DNA from: Eubacteriales bacterium
GTDB taxonomy: Bacteria > Bacillota > Clostridia > Oscillospirales > CAG-272
NCBI GenBank assembly: GCA_045593885.1
Contig: JAZNXN010000022.1
Coordinates: forward strand, 22,511-86,510
DNA: 64,000 nucleotides
Direction of reading: 5' to 3'
In this document: positions 8,007 to 18,513 of the stretch, one piece after another
Layout of the letters: each line of letters opens with the position of its first letter
Position numbering within the stretch: the first letter of the stretch is position 1
Made by a program: the position numbers and the translations under genes
Notes under the pieces: generated by a model
What the model was told of the DNA's origin: nothing
The model's database searches: none
Seen by the model: only the letters and a program-made list of their open reading frames with translations

Positions 8007-8090
8007 ATGAAAATTGTTTTGGTTCGTTCCCCGAGGTTTCTATCCCCCATTCTACGCAGGCTGTTCAAAATCAAAAAGTCAAAAAGGTGA
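8007..8090 (+). CDS. spoVM: stage V sporulation protein M (SpoVM-like 27-aa amphipathic peptide)
   Basis: MKIVLVRSPRFLSPILRRLFKIKKSKR aligns with B. subtilis SpoVM MKFYTIKLPKFLGGIVRAMLGSFRKD, sharing the pattern MK....[KR].P[KR]FL..I.R. A terminator follows directly. Confidence 0.7.
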   Translation: MKIVLVRSPRFLSPILRRLFKIKKSKR

Positions 8091-8096
8091 TAAAGG

Positions 8097-8123
8097 CCGC
8101 CCGATAAAAAGGGCGGTTTTTTT
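8097..8123 (+). terminator. intrinsic terminator after spoVM
   Basis: CCGCCC (8097-8102) pairs with GGGCGG (8111-8116), followed by T7. Confidence 0.75.
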
Positions 8124-8161
8124 CTGAATACAAGCAACGCGGGCGGTCAAAAATGATTTTG

Positions 8162-8190
8162 TTGACATATCGCGCGTTTTTTGGTAAAAT
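8162..8190 (+). promoter_or_regulatory. sigma-A-type promoter for the MFS/GDPD genes
   Basis: TTGACA (8162-8167), a 17-nt spacer, then TAAAAT (8185-8190). Confidence 0.55.
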
Positions 8191-8222
8191 ATAGGTGTTT
8201 ATTAAAACAAGGAGATATTAAA

Positions 8223-9500
8223 ATGAAGCTGAATTACAAAAGAACAATCCTCGTTGGATTTGCATTCTTTCTCATCTCTGCCTTCTGGCAGGCGTACGAC
8301 ACGGTAGTTCCCCTCATCCTGACAGACAAATTCCATATGAAGCAGGCGTATTCGGGTATAATTATGGCGCTGGATAACATATTCGCGCTGGTTATGCTGC
8401 CGATATTCGGCGCTCTGTCCGACAAAACGAGAACAAAATGGGGCAGACGTACACCCTATATAACAATAGGTGCTGTTTGCGCGTCGGTTGCCTTCTCCTT
8501 CCTCGGAATTATAGACAACCTCACCCTTTTCATAATCGTTTTGCTTCTGGCGCTGACCTCGATGGCAACCTTCCGTTCACCTGCGGTTGCGCTCATGCCT
8601 GACGTAACGATAAAGCCGTTGCGCTCAAAGGGCAACGCGGTAATCAACCTCATGGGCACAGCGGGCGGTATACTTGTTTTGCTTCTCACGAAGGTTTTTG
8701 GAACGGACAAGGCTGACAACACCGAGTTCGCAGGTTACATCCTCACCGTTGCGGCGGTTATGATTGGCGCGCTCATCATATTCCTTTTAACCGTCAGAGA
8801 GCCCCTTTGGGTGAAGGAAATGGAGGAAAAGACCGAGGAGCTCGGCTGCGACGAGGAGGTCAAGGAGCGCGAGCACGAGGGCGGCAAGCTTTCGCGCGCG
8901 CAGATGATATCCTTCATCTTCATTCTTCTGTCTGTATTCCTTTGGTTCTTCGGCTACAACGCAGTAACGACAAAATACTCGGTATACGCAAAGGACTTTC
9001 TGAAGGTTTCCTATTCCACAACCCTGCTGATAGCTCAGGCGGCGGCAATAATCTCCTACCTGCCTGTCGGTATGATAGCGAGCAAAATAGGCAGAAAGAA
9101 AACCATTCTTGCAGGTGTGGTTATGCTCTTTGCAGCATTCTTCGGCGCGGCGTTTATCCGTGAGGGCACGGCAACCTTCCTGATGTACCCCCTCTTTGCT
9201 CTTGCCGGAATTGCGTGGGCAACTATAAACGTAAACAGCTTCCCTATGGTCGTTGAGCTGGCGAAGGATTCCGACTGCGGAAGATACACTGGCTTCTACT
9301 ACACAGCATCAATGACGGCGCAGATACTCACCCCTGTTATTTCGGGCTTCCTTATGGATAATCTCGGCTTCTCGTCGCTGTTCCCCTACGCCGCAGTATT
9401 CGCAGGTCTTGCCTTCTTCACAATGCTTATGGTCAAGCACGGCGATTCAAGGCCGGGGGTAAAGCAGAGTGTTCTCGAAAGCCTTGATGTAGAGGATTAA
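8223..9500 (+). CDS. MFS transporter (SLC45/GPH-like sugar or glycerophosphodiester symporter)
   Basis: 12-TM profile with the motif GALSDKTRTKWGRRTPY in the loop 2-3 position. I chose the start at ATG 8223 behind AAGGAG; the ORF track starts at 8181. Confidence 0.75.
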   Translation: MKLNYKRTILVGFAFFLISAFWQAYDTVVPLILTDKFHMKQAYSGIIMALDNIFALVMLPIFGALSDKTRTKWGRRTPYITIGAVCASVAFSFLGIIDNLTLFIIVLLLALTSMATFRSPAVALMPDVTIKPLRSKGNAVINLMGTAGGILVLLLTKVFGTDKADNTEFAGYILTVAAVMIGALIIFLLTVREPLWVKEMEEKTEELGCDEEVKEREHEGGKLSRAQMISFIFILLSVFLWFFGYNAVTTKYSVYAKDFLKVSYSTTLLIAQAAAIISYLPVGMIASKIGRKKTILAGVVMLFAAFFGAAFIREGTATFLMYPLFALAGIAWATINVNSFPMVVELAKDSDCGRYTGFYYTASMTAQILTPVISGFLMDNLGFSSLFPYAAVFAGLAFFTMLMVKHGDSRPGVKQSVLESLDVED

Positions 9501-9502
9501 AA

Positions 9503-10333
9503 ATGATTGCCCTTATAATAACACTTTCTTCAATTATCGCATTTTTCCTTATCCTTTCCCTTCTCTATATTCTCTCGCTTCGGTGTGGCAAGCGCCGTGA
9601 GGGTGCAGCCTACTTTGCCTCGCAGGTTTACGCACACAGAGGATATCATAGCAAGGACGGGGGTATTCCCGAAAACTCGATAGCGGCATTTACGCGCGCA
9701 ATCGAGAGAGGATGCGGCATTGAGCTTGACGTTCAGCTATCGAAGGATGACAAGGTCGTGGTTTTTCACGACACAACCCTCAACCGCGTTTGCGGTGTCG
9801 ATGCGCGCGTGCGCGATTTAACCCTTGAGGAGCTGAAAAAGCTAACCCTTTCGGGCATAGAGGGCGAGTGTATACCCACGCTTGACGAGGTTTTGGCACT
9901 CGTTAACGGCAGGGTGCCGCTTCTCGTTGAGATAAAGGCGGAGAGCCTCGCTATTGCGACCACCGAGGCGGCGCAGAAAATACTCGACGGCTATTCGGGC
10001 AAATACTGCGTTGAGAGCTTCAACCCCTTTGTTATTTCCTGGTATAAAAAGAATCGCCCAGAAATTATCCGAGGCAATCTTTCGGATATGTTTTTGAGGG
10101 ATAAAACGAAAAATTATACCTTAAAGCACCGCCTTCTCCAGACGATGTTTCTCAATTTTCTCAGCAAGCCTGATTTTATCGCATATAATTTTGAAAACAG
10201 AGATTCACTTCCCTTCCGCCTCGTAAAAAAGCTGTACAGGCCCTACACGTTTGCCTGGACGCCGAGAAGCGAGGGTGAGGTCGCGGAGTGCATAGAATTT
10301 GACAGCGTAATTTTTGAAAACGCAGAGCTTTAA
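9503..10333 (+). CDS. glycerophosphodiester phosphodiesterase family protein with N-terminal TM anchor
   Basis: GDPD motifs HRG..........PENS and ELDVQLSKDDKVVVFHD. Confidence 0.85.
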   Translation: MIALIITLSSIIAFFLILSLLYILSLRCGKRREGAAYFASQVYAHRGYHSKDGGIPENSIAAFTRAIERGCGIELDVQLSKDDKVVVFHDTTLNRVCGVDARVRDLTLEELKKLTLSGIEGECIPTLDEVLALVNGRVPLLVEIKAESLAIATTEAAQKILDGYSGKYCVESFNPFVISWYKKNRPEIIRGNLSDMFLRDKTKNYTLKHRLLQTMFLNFLSKPDFIAYNFENRDSLPFRLVKKLYRPYTFAWTPRSEGEVAECIEFDSVIFENAEL

Positions 10334-10334
10334 T

Positions 10335-11468
10335 ATGAAAACTGAATTAGTGGCAACCTGCCTTTTTGGGCTCGAGCATCTTCTCGGCAAGGAGATTGAC
10401 GAGCTTGGCTACAACAGAATATCAACAATTGACGGACGCGTAACCTTCCTCGGCGACGGGGAGGCAATAGCGGTTTGCAACATAAACCTGCGCTACGCAG
10501 AGAGGGTTTTTATCAAGCTCGGCGAATTTCACGCCGACACCTTCGATATGCTTTTCGAGGGCACAAAAGCGCTTCCGTGGGAGCAGTGGATAGGCGAAAG
10601 CGACCAATTTCCCGTCAAGGGACACTGCATCCAGAGCACCCTTTTCTCCGTCCCCGACTGTCAGGCTATATGCAAAAAGGCGATAGTCAGCCGCCTGTCC
10701 GAAAAATACGGCGTCCGCTGGTTTTGTGAGGAGGGTGTCAAGTATCAGGTCGAGTTTTTTATATTCAAAAACACTGCAACCCTTATGATAGACACCTCAG
10801 GCACCGCCCTGCACAAGAGGGGCTACCGCCCGACCTCAAACGCAGCACCGATACGCGAAACGCTGGCGGCTGCGATAGCGGCAACCTCGCGCCCTCGCGA
10901 GAACGTTCTGACGTGGGACCCTATGTGCGGCAGCGGAACTATTGCTATCGAGACGGCAATGCTCATGCGTAACATCGCACCGGGCGTAAAAAGACATTTT
11001 ATAGCCGAGAGCTTCCCCCAAATCTCGCGCACCCTATGGGAAAACGCGCGCGAGGAAGCACTTGATAACGAGATAAGGGACAGTGCCTTCCGCGTTTACG
11101 CATCGGATATTGACGAGAAGTGCATAGCCCTCACGCGCGAAAACGCAAAAAGGGCGGGTGTCAACGACTGCATTCGTTCCTTCCGTGCCGACGCGAGAAA
11201 TATCGGCGAGGACGGCGTGCGCGCAACGATAGTCTGTAATCCCCCGTACGGCGAGCGCATAGGCACACAGCGCGAGGCTGAAGAGCTTTACCGTGAGATA
11301 GGCGCGCATTTCCGCTCGCTTTCACCCTGGCAGGCGTATATCATCACCTCATGCAAGAGCTTTGAGAAATTCTACGGCAAGCGCGCTGACAAGGTCCGCA
11401 AGCTCTACAACGGAATGATAGAATGTTACCTATATCAGTACTTCAAAAACGACACCAAAAAACAATAA
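10335..11468 (+). CDS. THUMP-domain class I SAM-dependent RNA methyltransferase (RlmL/YpsC-like)
   Basis: An N-terminal THUMP-like region is followed by DPMCGSGTI (motif I) and NPPYGERIG (motif IV). I preferred the start at 10335 because it lies just after the GDPD stop. Confidence 0.8.
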   Translation: MKTELVATCLFGLEHLLGKEIDELGYNRISTIDGRVTFLGDGEAIAVCNINLRYAERVFIKLGEFHADTFDMLFEGTKALPWEQWIGESDQFPVKGHCIQSTLFSVPDCQAICKKAIVSRLSEKYGVRWFCEEGVKYQVEFFIFKNTATLMIDTSGTALHKRGYRPTSNAAPIRETLAAAIAATSRPRENVLTWDPMCGSGTIAIETAMLMRNIAPGVKRHFIAESFPQISRTLWENAREEALDNEIRDSAFRVYASDIDEKCIALTRENAKRAGVNDCIRSFRADARNIGEDGVRATIVCNPPYGERIGTQREAEELYREIGAHFRSLSPWQAYIITSCKSFEKFYGKRADKVRKLYNGMIECYLYQYFKNDTKKQ

Positions 11469-11483
11469 TTTGAGTCAAAATAA

Positions 11484-11514
11484 GGGCGGTTGCCATATCG
11501 GCAACCGCCCTTTT
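11484..11514. terminator. bidirectional intrinsic terminator between convergent genes
   Basis: An 11-bp stem, GGGCGGTTGCC (11484-11494) pairing with GGCAACCGCCC (11500-11510), flanked by A- and T-runs. Confidence 0.85.
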
Positions 11515-11521
11515 GCTGTAT

Positions 11522-12202
11522 TCACCTTGAAAAAAACTCTGTTATAGAGAAATTGCGCGCGCGGATGAGGTCAATTATCTCCCTCTCGCCACTCGGCACG
11601 TTATCAAAAACAAGGCCGCAGAATGCGTGCATTCTGTCCGCGTGATAGTCAGAGCCCGCTATTCCTATAAGGTCATACGCCTCGGCATATACCTCTGCCA
11701 TCTTATCTGCCCTCTCGGTCAGGTTGTGCGTATTGACCGTCTCAACACCGTCAACGTTTGCGGGGTACAGGGTTATATTCTTAATCCACCTTGCCTCGCG
11801 GAAGGGGTGTGCCTGAATTACAAGACCGCCGTCACGCCTGAATGTATCGAGCAGCTCGTGTATATCCATATTTTCAAGCTCGGGATGAGCCGTAAGATAA
11901 TCGGTATCTATTCCGTATATGAGAAAATCACTTCTCCCCTCTGCAAGCTCAAAGCCGAAGAAAACGTCAACCCCCACGCTTTTTCCGTATTCCCTCGCAC
12001 TCTCGTGACACTCCTTATAAATTCTTACCCTCTCCTGCCATTCCAAGTCACGAATCTTGCAGTTCCCGCGCCAGAAATGGTCGGTAAAGAATACACCGTT
12101 GTAGCCGAGCCCTTTATAAAAATCTATCTGCTCTTTTCGGTCAACCTTTCCACACATACTCACATCGGAGCTGTGAAGATGCATTTCGCACAAATAACCC
12201 AT
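11522..12202 (-). CDS. PHP-domain metal-dependent phosphoesterase
   Basis: The N-terminal MHLHSSDVSMCG (HxH motif) and later H/D metal ligands are typical of the PHP family. Confidence 0.65.
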   Translation of the reverse strand: MGYLCEMHLHSSDVSMCGKVDRKEQIDFYKGLGYNGVFFTDHFWRGNCKIRDLEWQERVRIYKECHESAREYGKSVGVDVFFGFELAEGRSDFLIYGIDTDYLTAHPELENMDIHELLDTFRRDGGLVIQAHPFREARWIKNITLYPANVDGVETVNTHNLTERADKMAEVYAEAYDLIGIAGSDYHADRMHAFCGLVFDNVPSGEREIIDLIRARNFSITEFFSR

Positions 12203-12252
12203 ACTGTACCTCTGATAAATAAGCCCCTCATTTTACCGAAGGGCTTTCGTTT

Positions 12253-14873
12253 TTATAATTTTGAAACTATATCCTTCGCGAGCGCGAGCGCACCGTCAAT
12301 CTTATCAAGGTCGCGTCCGCCACTCATTGCGCTGTCGGCACGTCCGCCGCCCTTACCGCCGCATACCGCGCAAACCTCGCGCAGAATGTTGCCTGCGTGC
12401 GCGCCTGCGCTGACCGCCTTCTCGCCTGCACAGGTGATAAAGTTGAGCTTGCCGTCATTTACAATAGCAAACACTGCTATCATATCGGGGTAATCGCACT
12501 TTATACTGTCGCAAAGAGCCCTTGCGCTGTCAATCTTCATTTCAAGACGGGCGGTGAGCAGTCTTACCTTGCCCATATCAACAGCCGAGCCGATGAGCTC
12601 GCCAAGCTTCATCGCGGAGATTTTCGAGTTGAGCGAATCTATCTCGCGCCTTGCCTCGCGCAGCTCACCCTGAAGCTGCACTGCCTTCTTTGCTATATCG
12701 TTTACGTTGTTTGCCTTCAGCTCACGTGCGGTATCGAGGATGAGCGCATCCTTCTCCGCCATAAGCTCAAGAACGCCGAGTCCCGTGGTCGCCTCTATTC
12801 TGCGGATTCCTGCCGCAACCGAGCTCTCGGATATAATCCTGCAAAGACCTATTTTGCCCGTGTTATCAACGTGCGTACCGCCGCAGAATTCGGTTGAGAA
12901 ATCGCCCATCTTAACAACTCTTACAGTCTTTCCGTACTTCTCACCGAACAGAGCCATAGCACCCATTTTCTTCGCGCTTTCTATGTCGGTAACAACCGTG
13001 AGAACGTCAGCAGCGGAAAGAATATGCGCGTTCACAATACTCTCGATTTTTGCTATTTCGTCTGCGGTTATTGCGGAGAAATGCGAGAAATCGAAGCGTA
13101 AACGGCGCTCGTCAACGTATGAGCCTGACTGCTCGACGTGATTTCCAAGAACCTCTCGGAGCGCAGACTGAAGAATATGAGTTGCGCTGTGATTGCGCCT
13201 TATCGCGTTGCGGCGCGCAACGTCAATTGAGAGGGTAACGGTATCACCAACCCTCACTGCGCCCTCGTTTACTGTAGCGACGTGTATATAAACGCCGTCG
13301 TTTTTCTTAGTATCGGTAACAGTTATGTCAAGACCGTCTGCGGTTATAGCTCCGCTGTCGCCTACCTGACCGCCGCCCTCGCCGTAGAATACGGTTTTGT
13401 CGCATACGATAAGGCAGTCGCCCTCGCTTATCTCTTCCACGTCCTCGCCGTCAACGATTATTGCCAGAACCTTGGCACTCACGGTGTCGTTTTCGTAGCC
13501 GACAAACTCGGTCTTATCAACACTCGACAGAGAGTTTTTAGAGCCCTCGCTCCAGCCGCTGATGCTTGCGCGTGCCGCACGTGCGCGAGTGCGCTGCTCG
13601 TTCATAAGAACAGAAAACTCAGCCTCGTCAACCGAAACGCCACTCTCGTCGGCAATCTCGCGCGTGAGGTCTATCGGGAAGCCAAAGGTGTCGTAGAGAC
13701 GGAAGGCATCAGCGCCGCTGATAACCGTCCTTCCGCTCGCCTTCACATCCGATATTATACCCGAAATTATCGAAAGTCCCGCGTCAATGGTCGCGTTGAA
13801 GCGCTCCTCCTCGTTTGCAATAACCTTGAGAATATACTCGCGCTTCTCGGAAAGCTCGGGGTACGCGCCCACATTCTCACCGATAACCACCTCGCAAAGA
13901 GGGGGCAAGAACATCTCGTTTATGCCGAGCAGCTTTCCGTGTCTTGACGCACGGCGCAAAATTCTGCGTAATACGTAGCCGCGTCCCTCGTTTGAAGGAA
14001 TTACTCCGTCACATATCATAAAGGTCGCGCTTCTGATATGGTCGGTGACCACGCGTATAGATATATCGTCCTTTGCATTATCGCCGTAATTCTTGCCTGC
14101 AACCGAGCATACCGAATTGAGTATCTTTCTTACGGTATCAACCTCAAAAAGGTTGTCCACCCCCTGCATTACGCAGGCAAGACGCTCAAGGCCCATACCC
14201 GTATCTATGTTTTTCTGTGCAAGCTCGGTGTAGTTGCCGTTTCCGTCGTTGTTAAACTGCGAGAATACGTTGTTCCATATCTCCATAAATCTGTCGCAGT
14301 CGCATCCGGGGCCGCAATCGGGCGAGCCGCAGCCGTATTTCTCGCCGCGGTCAAAATATATCTCCGAGCAGGGGCCGCAGGGGCCCTGTCCGTGCTCCCA
14401 GAAATTATCCGCCTTGCCAAGTCGCTTGATATGGCTCTTTGGAACGCCTATTTCCTTTGTCCATATCTCAAACGCCTCCTCGTCATTTTCAAATATCGAG
14501 GGATAGAGAAGATTTTCAGGTATTTCGAGCCACTTGGTCAGAAATTCCCACGCCCACGCAATCGCCTCGCGCTTGAAATAATCTCCGAAGGAGAAGTTAC
14601 CCAGCATCTCAAAATATGTGCCGTGGCGCGCGGTATGTCCTACACGCTCAAGGTCGGGCGTTCTTATACACTTCTGGCAGGTGTAACACGGCGGCGCGGA
14701 GGCTCCTCCTCACCCGTAAAGAATTTCTTCATAGGTGCCATACCCGAGTTTATAAGCAGAAGGGATTTGTCATTATGAGGAACGAGCGAATAGCTCGGCA
14801 GTCTCAGATGTCCCTTGGACTCAAAGAAGGAAAGGTATTTTTCTCTGAGCTCATTTAGTGATGTCCATTTCAT
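12253..14873 (-). pseudogene. alaS: alanine--tRNA ligase (AlaS), reading frame broken by an apparent 1-nt deletion near 14682-14684
   Basis: Codons 1-69 (14873-14667) read [26 protein letters not shown]...PPRRRVT and then hit a stop at 14666-14664. The rest of AlaRS continues in the -1 frame from 14682 to 12253 ([37 protein letters not shown]...). This may be a sequencing error. Confidence 0.9.
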
Positions 14874-14924
14874 TTTTATGCCTCCTCCTCGCGTGCGCGA
14901 GGATTTTATTATTAAATCCATTAA

Positions 14925-14954
14925 ATTATACCACTTGAATTTGTACTGTGTCAA
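14925..14954 (-). promoter_or_regulatory. strong sigma-A-type promoter for alaS
   Basis: The minus strand reads TTGACA (14954-14949), an 18-nt spacer, then TGgTATAAT (-10 at 14930-25). Confidence 0.55.
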
Positions 14955-14962
14955 GGGGTGAA

Positions 14963-17900
14963 TTAAATTTCTATGCTCTCACCGAGTGCCAGAGAATAAA
15001 TATACACCTTTGCCGGCGCTTTTCCGAACATTTTGGTAGAGACCTCTCTGTAATATCCGAGCTGAGAGCTGTGCCTTTCGCGCAAAACGGCGCGCGCCTC
15101 CTCTCTGTCGCGGGGAACTCTGTCGGTTTTGTAATCCGAGAGAATTATGTCGCCGTTTTCTGCCTCGAATACGCAGTCTATAACTCCCTGCACCAAAAGC
15201 TCCTCACAGCGAAGCTTCTCTGACAATTCGGCGTCAGCGGTGAATTTTTCGGCAGGCAGCTTCATATTGAAGCGCAGCTCCCGCCAGATTCGGCGCGCCG
15301 AGCGCATAGCGAAAAACAGCTCGCTCTTAAAGAAGCACTCAAGCTCGTAAATTCTCACAAGCGCCGCATCCCTTTCGGTTATGAAGCGGTTTTCGACCAG
15401 GCGCGAAAGCTCCCTCTCAACTCCGCCTCTGCACACGTTTTCAAAATCGCAGAACTGTAAAAACAGGTGAGTTGCGTTGCCCTTCTGTGCACCGTCCGCC
15501 TCGTTTTCTTGCGAGGACATAAACCTCGGCACTCTGCCTGTAACCTCTGCGTTTACAACGGGGGTAATCTCCCTATCCTCACTCTCGTCGAGCACCTCGG
15601 GATAGAGTCGGGAAACCGACAGCTTGCCGGGAAGCTTATTAAGATAGGAATATTTGTACTCAAAGGACAGATTTCTTTCTATACCCTCTCTTATTTTTGC
15701 AATTTCTTCGGTGTGTACCGCGCTGTCGGGCACGTCCTCGGGGCTCCGGGCTATCGCGTTATTGGCTGTAATATCATTTTCGCTTATGATTTCAAAATTC
15801 GCGCAATCGGGGTATAGCTGCATTGCAAGCAAAATGAGGGAAATATAATTCTTTTCGCCGAGAATGTAGTATTCATCGGCGTATTTTGCGAGTGACTCAA
15901 CCTTTTTCTGTATGTTTTTAGGCAACATTCTCGGCGTTGCGGTGACGTATAGCCTCTCTCTTGCTCGGGTAAGGGCAACGTAGAGAATACGCATCTCCTC
16001 CTCTGCCTGCCTTCTTTTCAGCCTCGAGGCAAGCACGTCAAACACAGGGTTGTCAACGACTAAAAGTCCTGTGCTGTCGAGGAATTTAGTTGCAACGCCA
16101 AGCTCTGAGTCAAACAGAAGGTCTGACCTCGTATCCATATTGGAATAGTTGCTTCCCGCACCGCATAGGAAGCATACGGGAAACTCAAGCCCCTTTGAAT
16201 GATGAGCGGTCATTATTGTAACACTCTCTGTGTCCTCGGACATATCACCGAGAGAGAGCTGCCTTTTCTCCGCTATTATCTCATCAACGAAGCTTATGAA
16301 ATTATAGAGTCCCTTGAACGAGGACGCCTCGAATTTCACGGCGTAATTGTAGAGAAGCATCAGCCTGTCGCGCTTCTGGACTACCGACAGTATATTGGTC
16401 GTCGAATATATTTTGGATATCAGCTTATCAACCGACGTGCCGCGTGAAAATTCGCGAAGCTCTGACAGGGTGCCCAGAAAATCAATACCCCTTCTGTAAT
16501 CGGGATGCGCCTCGGTATATGCGACAAGTGCATCGTAAAGCGAGGGCGCATCGGGGTTTTCGTTCCGCAGAGAAACAAGCTCGTCCATAGTGAAATTAAA
16601 CACAGGCGAGCGCATAGCGCCTGCGAGGTAAACGTCACGCCTCGGATTATCAACAGAGTTGAGAATTGAGAGCATGAGCAAAACATCGGGAGTGAGGAAG
16701 AAATTTTCCTTGTTCGCGGCGTGAGCGCTCACTCCCCTATCCTCAAGCATCTGACGGAGCCTGTCCATTTTTTTTGGGCCGGAGCGAAAAATTACCGCTA
16801 TATCCTTGGGGGTTATGGGAGTTGTGTCATTTTTGAGCTCCTCGGAAAGAAGGCGTTTTATCTCGTCGGCAACGTAGGAGAGCTCGGCATCCGCCGCATC
16901 CGTATCCTCTGCCCCATCATCCTCTTCAGCCTTTGTATTTTCAAAAACACGCACAGATGCCTTGCCGTGTGTCGGCGGGTCGGACACCTTCGAGAAGCAG
17001 AGGCGGTCATCTCTCTCGTAGCCTATGCTCGCGCCTGCCCTCTCAAACAGAGTGTCGAAAACGGCGTTTACAAATTCTATAACGCTCTCGTCACACCTGA
17101 AGTTTTCCGACATAAATACCGTAGCATAATCGCCCTCGCTTACGTCAAGCTTCGGGTATTTTCGGCGCAAGCTTGCGAATATATCGGGCTCGCCGCCGCG
17201 GAAGCCGTAAATGCTCTGCTTTATATCGCCAACCATAAATCTGTTGTTTTTTCGGGATATGCTCTCAAATATTCTGTGCTGAATATAGTTTACGTCCTGA
17301 TACTCGTCTATGTAAACGTAGTCATAGCTATCGCACAGCCCCTTGGCTATATCGGTAGGGGTGCCGTCCTTATTGCAGAGAAGGTTGTAGGTATATCGGG
17401 ATATATCGTCAAAATTGAGAATACCCCTATCTCTTTTCTCGCGCGTCAGCCTTTCCTCATATTTTTCGAATATGAGTATGAGCATTTTATAAAAATCCTT
17501 CATCTGTGAAAACAGGCTCGAGAAATCCTCTTTCGAGTAGGAAAAGCTCTTTTTAAGGGCTTGGGCATCGGTTTTCAGAAGGGCGTGGAGCGCCTCTGCC
17601 GAATGTGAGTACTCCGAGCGCTCATTTTCCTTATTTCTTCCCCTTTCGGGAAGCTTGCACAGCAGAGCTACCGCTGCCGCGGCATTTTCATATCCTTTTT
17701 CTATTGCCTTGATACACAAATCGGTGTGCTCTATGACGTGAGAGAAGCATTTTTCGTACTTTTTCTCCGCATCCGCGTCGGTGTCGCTCATTTTCGATAG
17801 CAGATGGGCGCACAGCCGTCCGTAATGTCCGCAAAAATCGGCGAGCCTTTTCTTCAGGTGCTCACCCCAGGGGGTGTCGAATATCTTTGGCTCTGACTCA

Positions 17901-18511
17901 AGTATTTCCAGTATTCTCTTATATACCTCAAGCCTGTCGGGAAGCTGAGAGGTTTTCGAGTAAAGAAATATCAGCTTCTCCGAGAGCGCGCCCTCATCCT
18001 TTGCAACGGTCATATTCTCCGCAAAGAGCGCAAAGCCATTTTTGTCAATATCCAAGTAAAGTCCCTCGTAGGCGGACTCCACGATTTCCTCCATCACCAC
18101 GTGCTCGAGCAGCTTTTCCTCTGCCTCGTCGCATATTCTGTACGAGGTCGACAGCCCAAGCTCTGCCGCGTGCGATGACAAAATATCATTACAGAAGCTA
18201 TCAATAGTGCAAATCTGTGCCGTAGGCATCAGAAGTGCCTGACGCGATAGGTGTCTGTTTTCGGGGTCACTCTCCAGCGCCCTTGCAATTGCAGCGGTAA
18301 TTCTCTCGCGAAGCTCTGCCGCCGCCGCACGAGTGAAGGTGACTATCAGCATTCTCGATATATCCGCAGGGTTGTCCTTATCGAGCACGGACTGAATTAT
18401 TCTTTCGGTGAGTGTTGCGGTCTTTCCCGAGCCTGCGGCGGCAGAAACCAACAGTGTTTTATCCCTTGTTTCAATTGCCTCGCTCTGCTTTTTCGTCCAT
18501 CTTACTGCCAA
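14963..18511 (-). CDS. addA: helicase-nuclease AddA (UvrD-type helicase with C-terminal PD-(D/E)XK nuclease)
   Basis: Walker A AAAGSGKT and UvrD motifs (DEYQD, the [10 protein letters not shown] region), plus the C-terminal nuclease motif GVIDCVF...DYKTD. The likely start is TTG 18511, 7 nt after GGAGG; the ORF track starts at 18532. Confidence 0.85.
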   Translation of the reverse strand: MAVRWTKKQSEAIETRDKTLLVSAAAGSGKTATLTERIIQSVLDKDNPADISRMLIVTFTRAAAAELRERITAAIARALESDPENRHLSRQALLMPTAQICTIDSFCNDILSSHAAELGLSTSYRICDEAEEKLLEHVVMEEIVESAYEGLYLDIDKNGFALFAENMTVAKDEGALSEKLIFLYSKTSQLPDRLEVYKRILEILESEPKIFDTPWGEHLKKRLADFCGHYGRLCAHLLSKMSDTDADAEKKYEKCFSHVIEHTDLCIKAIEKGYENAAAAVALLCKLPERGRNKENERSEYSHSAEALHALLKTDAQALKKSFSYSKEDFSSLFSQMKDFYKMLILIFEKYEERLTREKRDRGILNFDDISRYTYNLLCNKDGTPTDIAKGLCDSYDYVYIDEYQDVNYIQHRIFESISRKNNRFMVGDIKQSIYGFRGGEPDIFASLRRKYPKLDVSEGDYATVFMSENFRCDESVIEFVNAVFDTLFERAGASIGYERDDRLCFSKVSDPPTHGKASVRVFENTKAEEDDGAEDTDAADAELSYVADEIKRLLSEELKNDTTPITPKDIAVIFRSGPKKMDRLRQMLEDRGVSAHAANKENFFLTPDVLLMLSILNSVDNPRRDVYLAGAMRSPVFNFTMDELVSLRNENPDAPSLYDALVAYTEAHPDYRRGIDFLGTLSELREFSRGTSVDKLISKIYSTTNILSVVQKRDRLMLLYNYAVKFEASSFKGLYNFISFVDEIIAEKRQLSLGDMSEDTESVTIMTAHHSKGLEFPVCFLCGAGSNYSNMDTRSDLLFDSELGVATKFLDSTGLLVVDNPVFDVLASRLKRRQAEEEMRILYVALTRARERLYVTATPRMLPKNIQKKVESLAKYADEYYILGEKNYISLILLAMQLYPDCANFEIISENDITANNAIARSPEDVPDSAVHTEEIAKIREGIERNLSFEYKYSYLNKLPGKLSVSRLYPEVLDESEDREITPVVNAEVTGRVPRFMSSQENEADGAQKGNATHLFLQFCDFENVCRGGVERELSRLVENRFITERDAALVRIYELECFFKSELFFAMRSARRIWRELRFNMKLPAEKFTADAELSEKLRCEELLVQGVIDCVFEAENGDIILSDYKTDRVPRDREEARAVLRERHSSQLGYYREVSTKMFGKAPAKVYIYSLALGESIEI

Positions 18512-18513
18512 AA

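Noticed and set aside
14679-14684. Programmed -1 ribosomal frameshift restoring AlaRS (a slip at GUU ACA CCU would give V-T-T-C).
   Set aside because: There is no X XXY YYZ slippery heptamer, tRNA re-pairing after the slip would be poor (ACA to UAC), and no obvious downstream stimulator is present. A sequencing indel is the simpler explanation.
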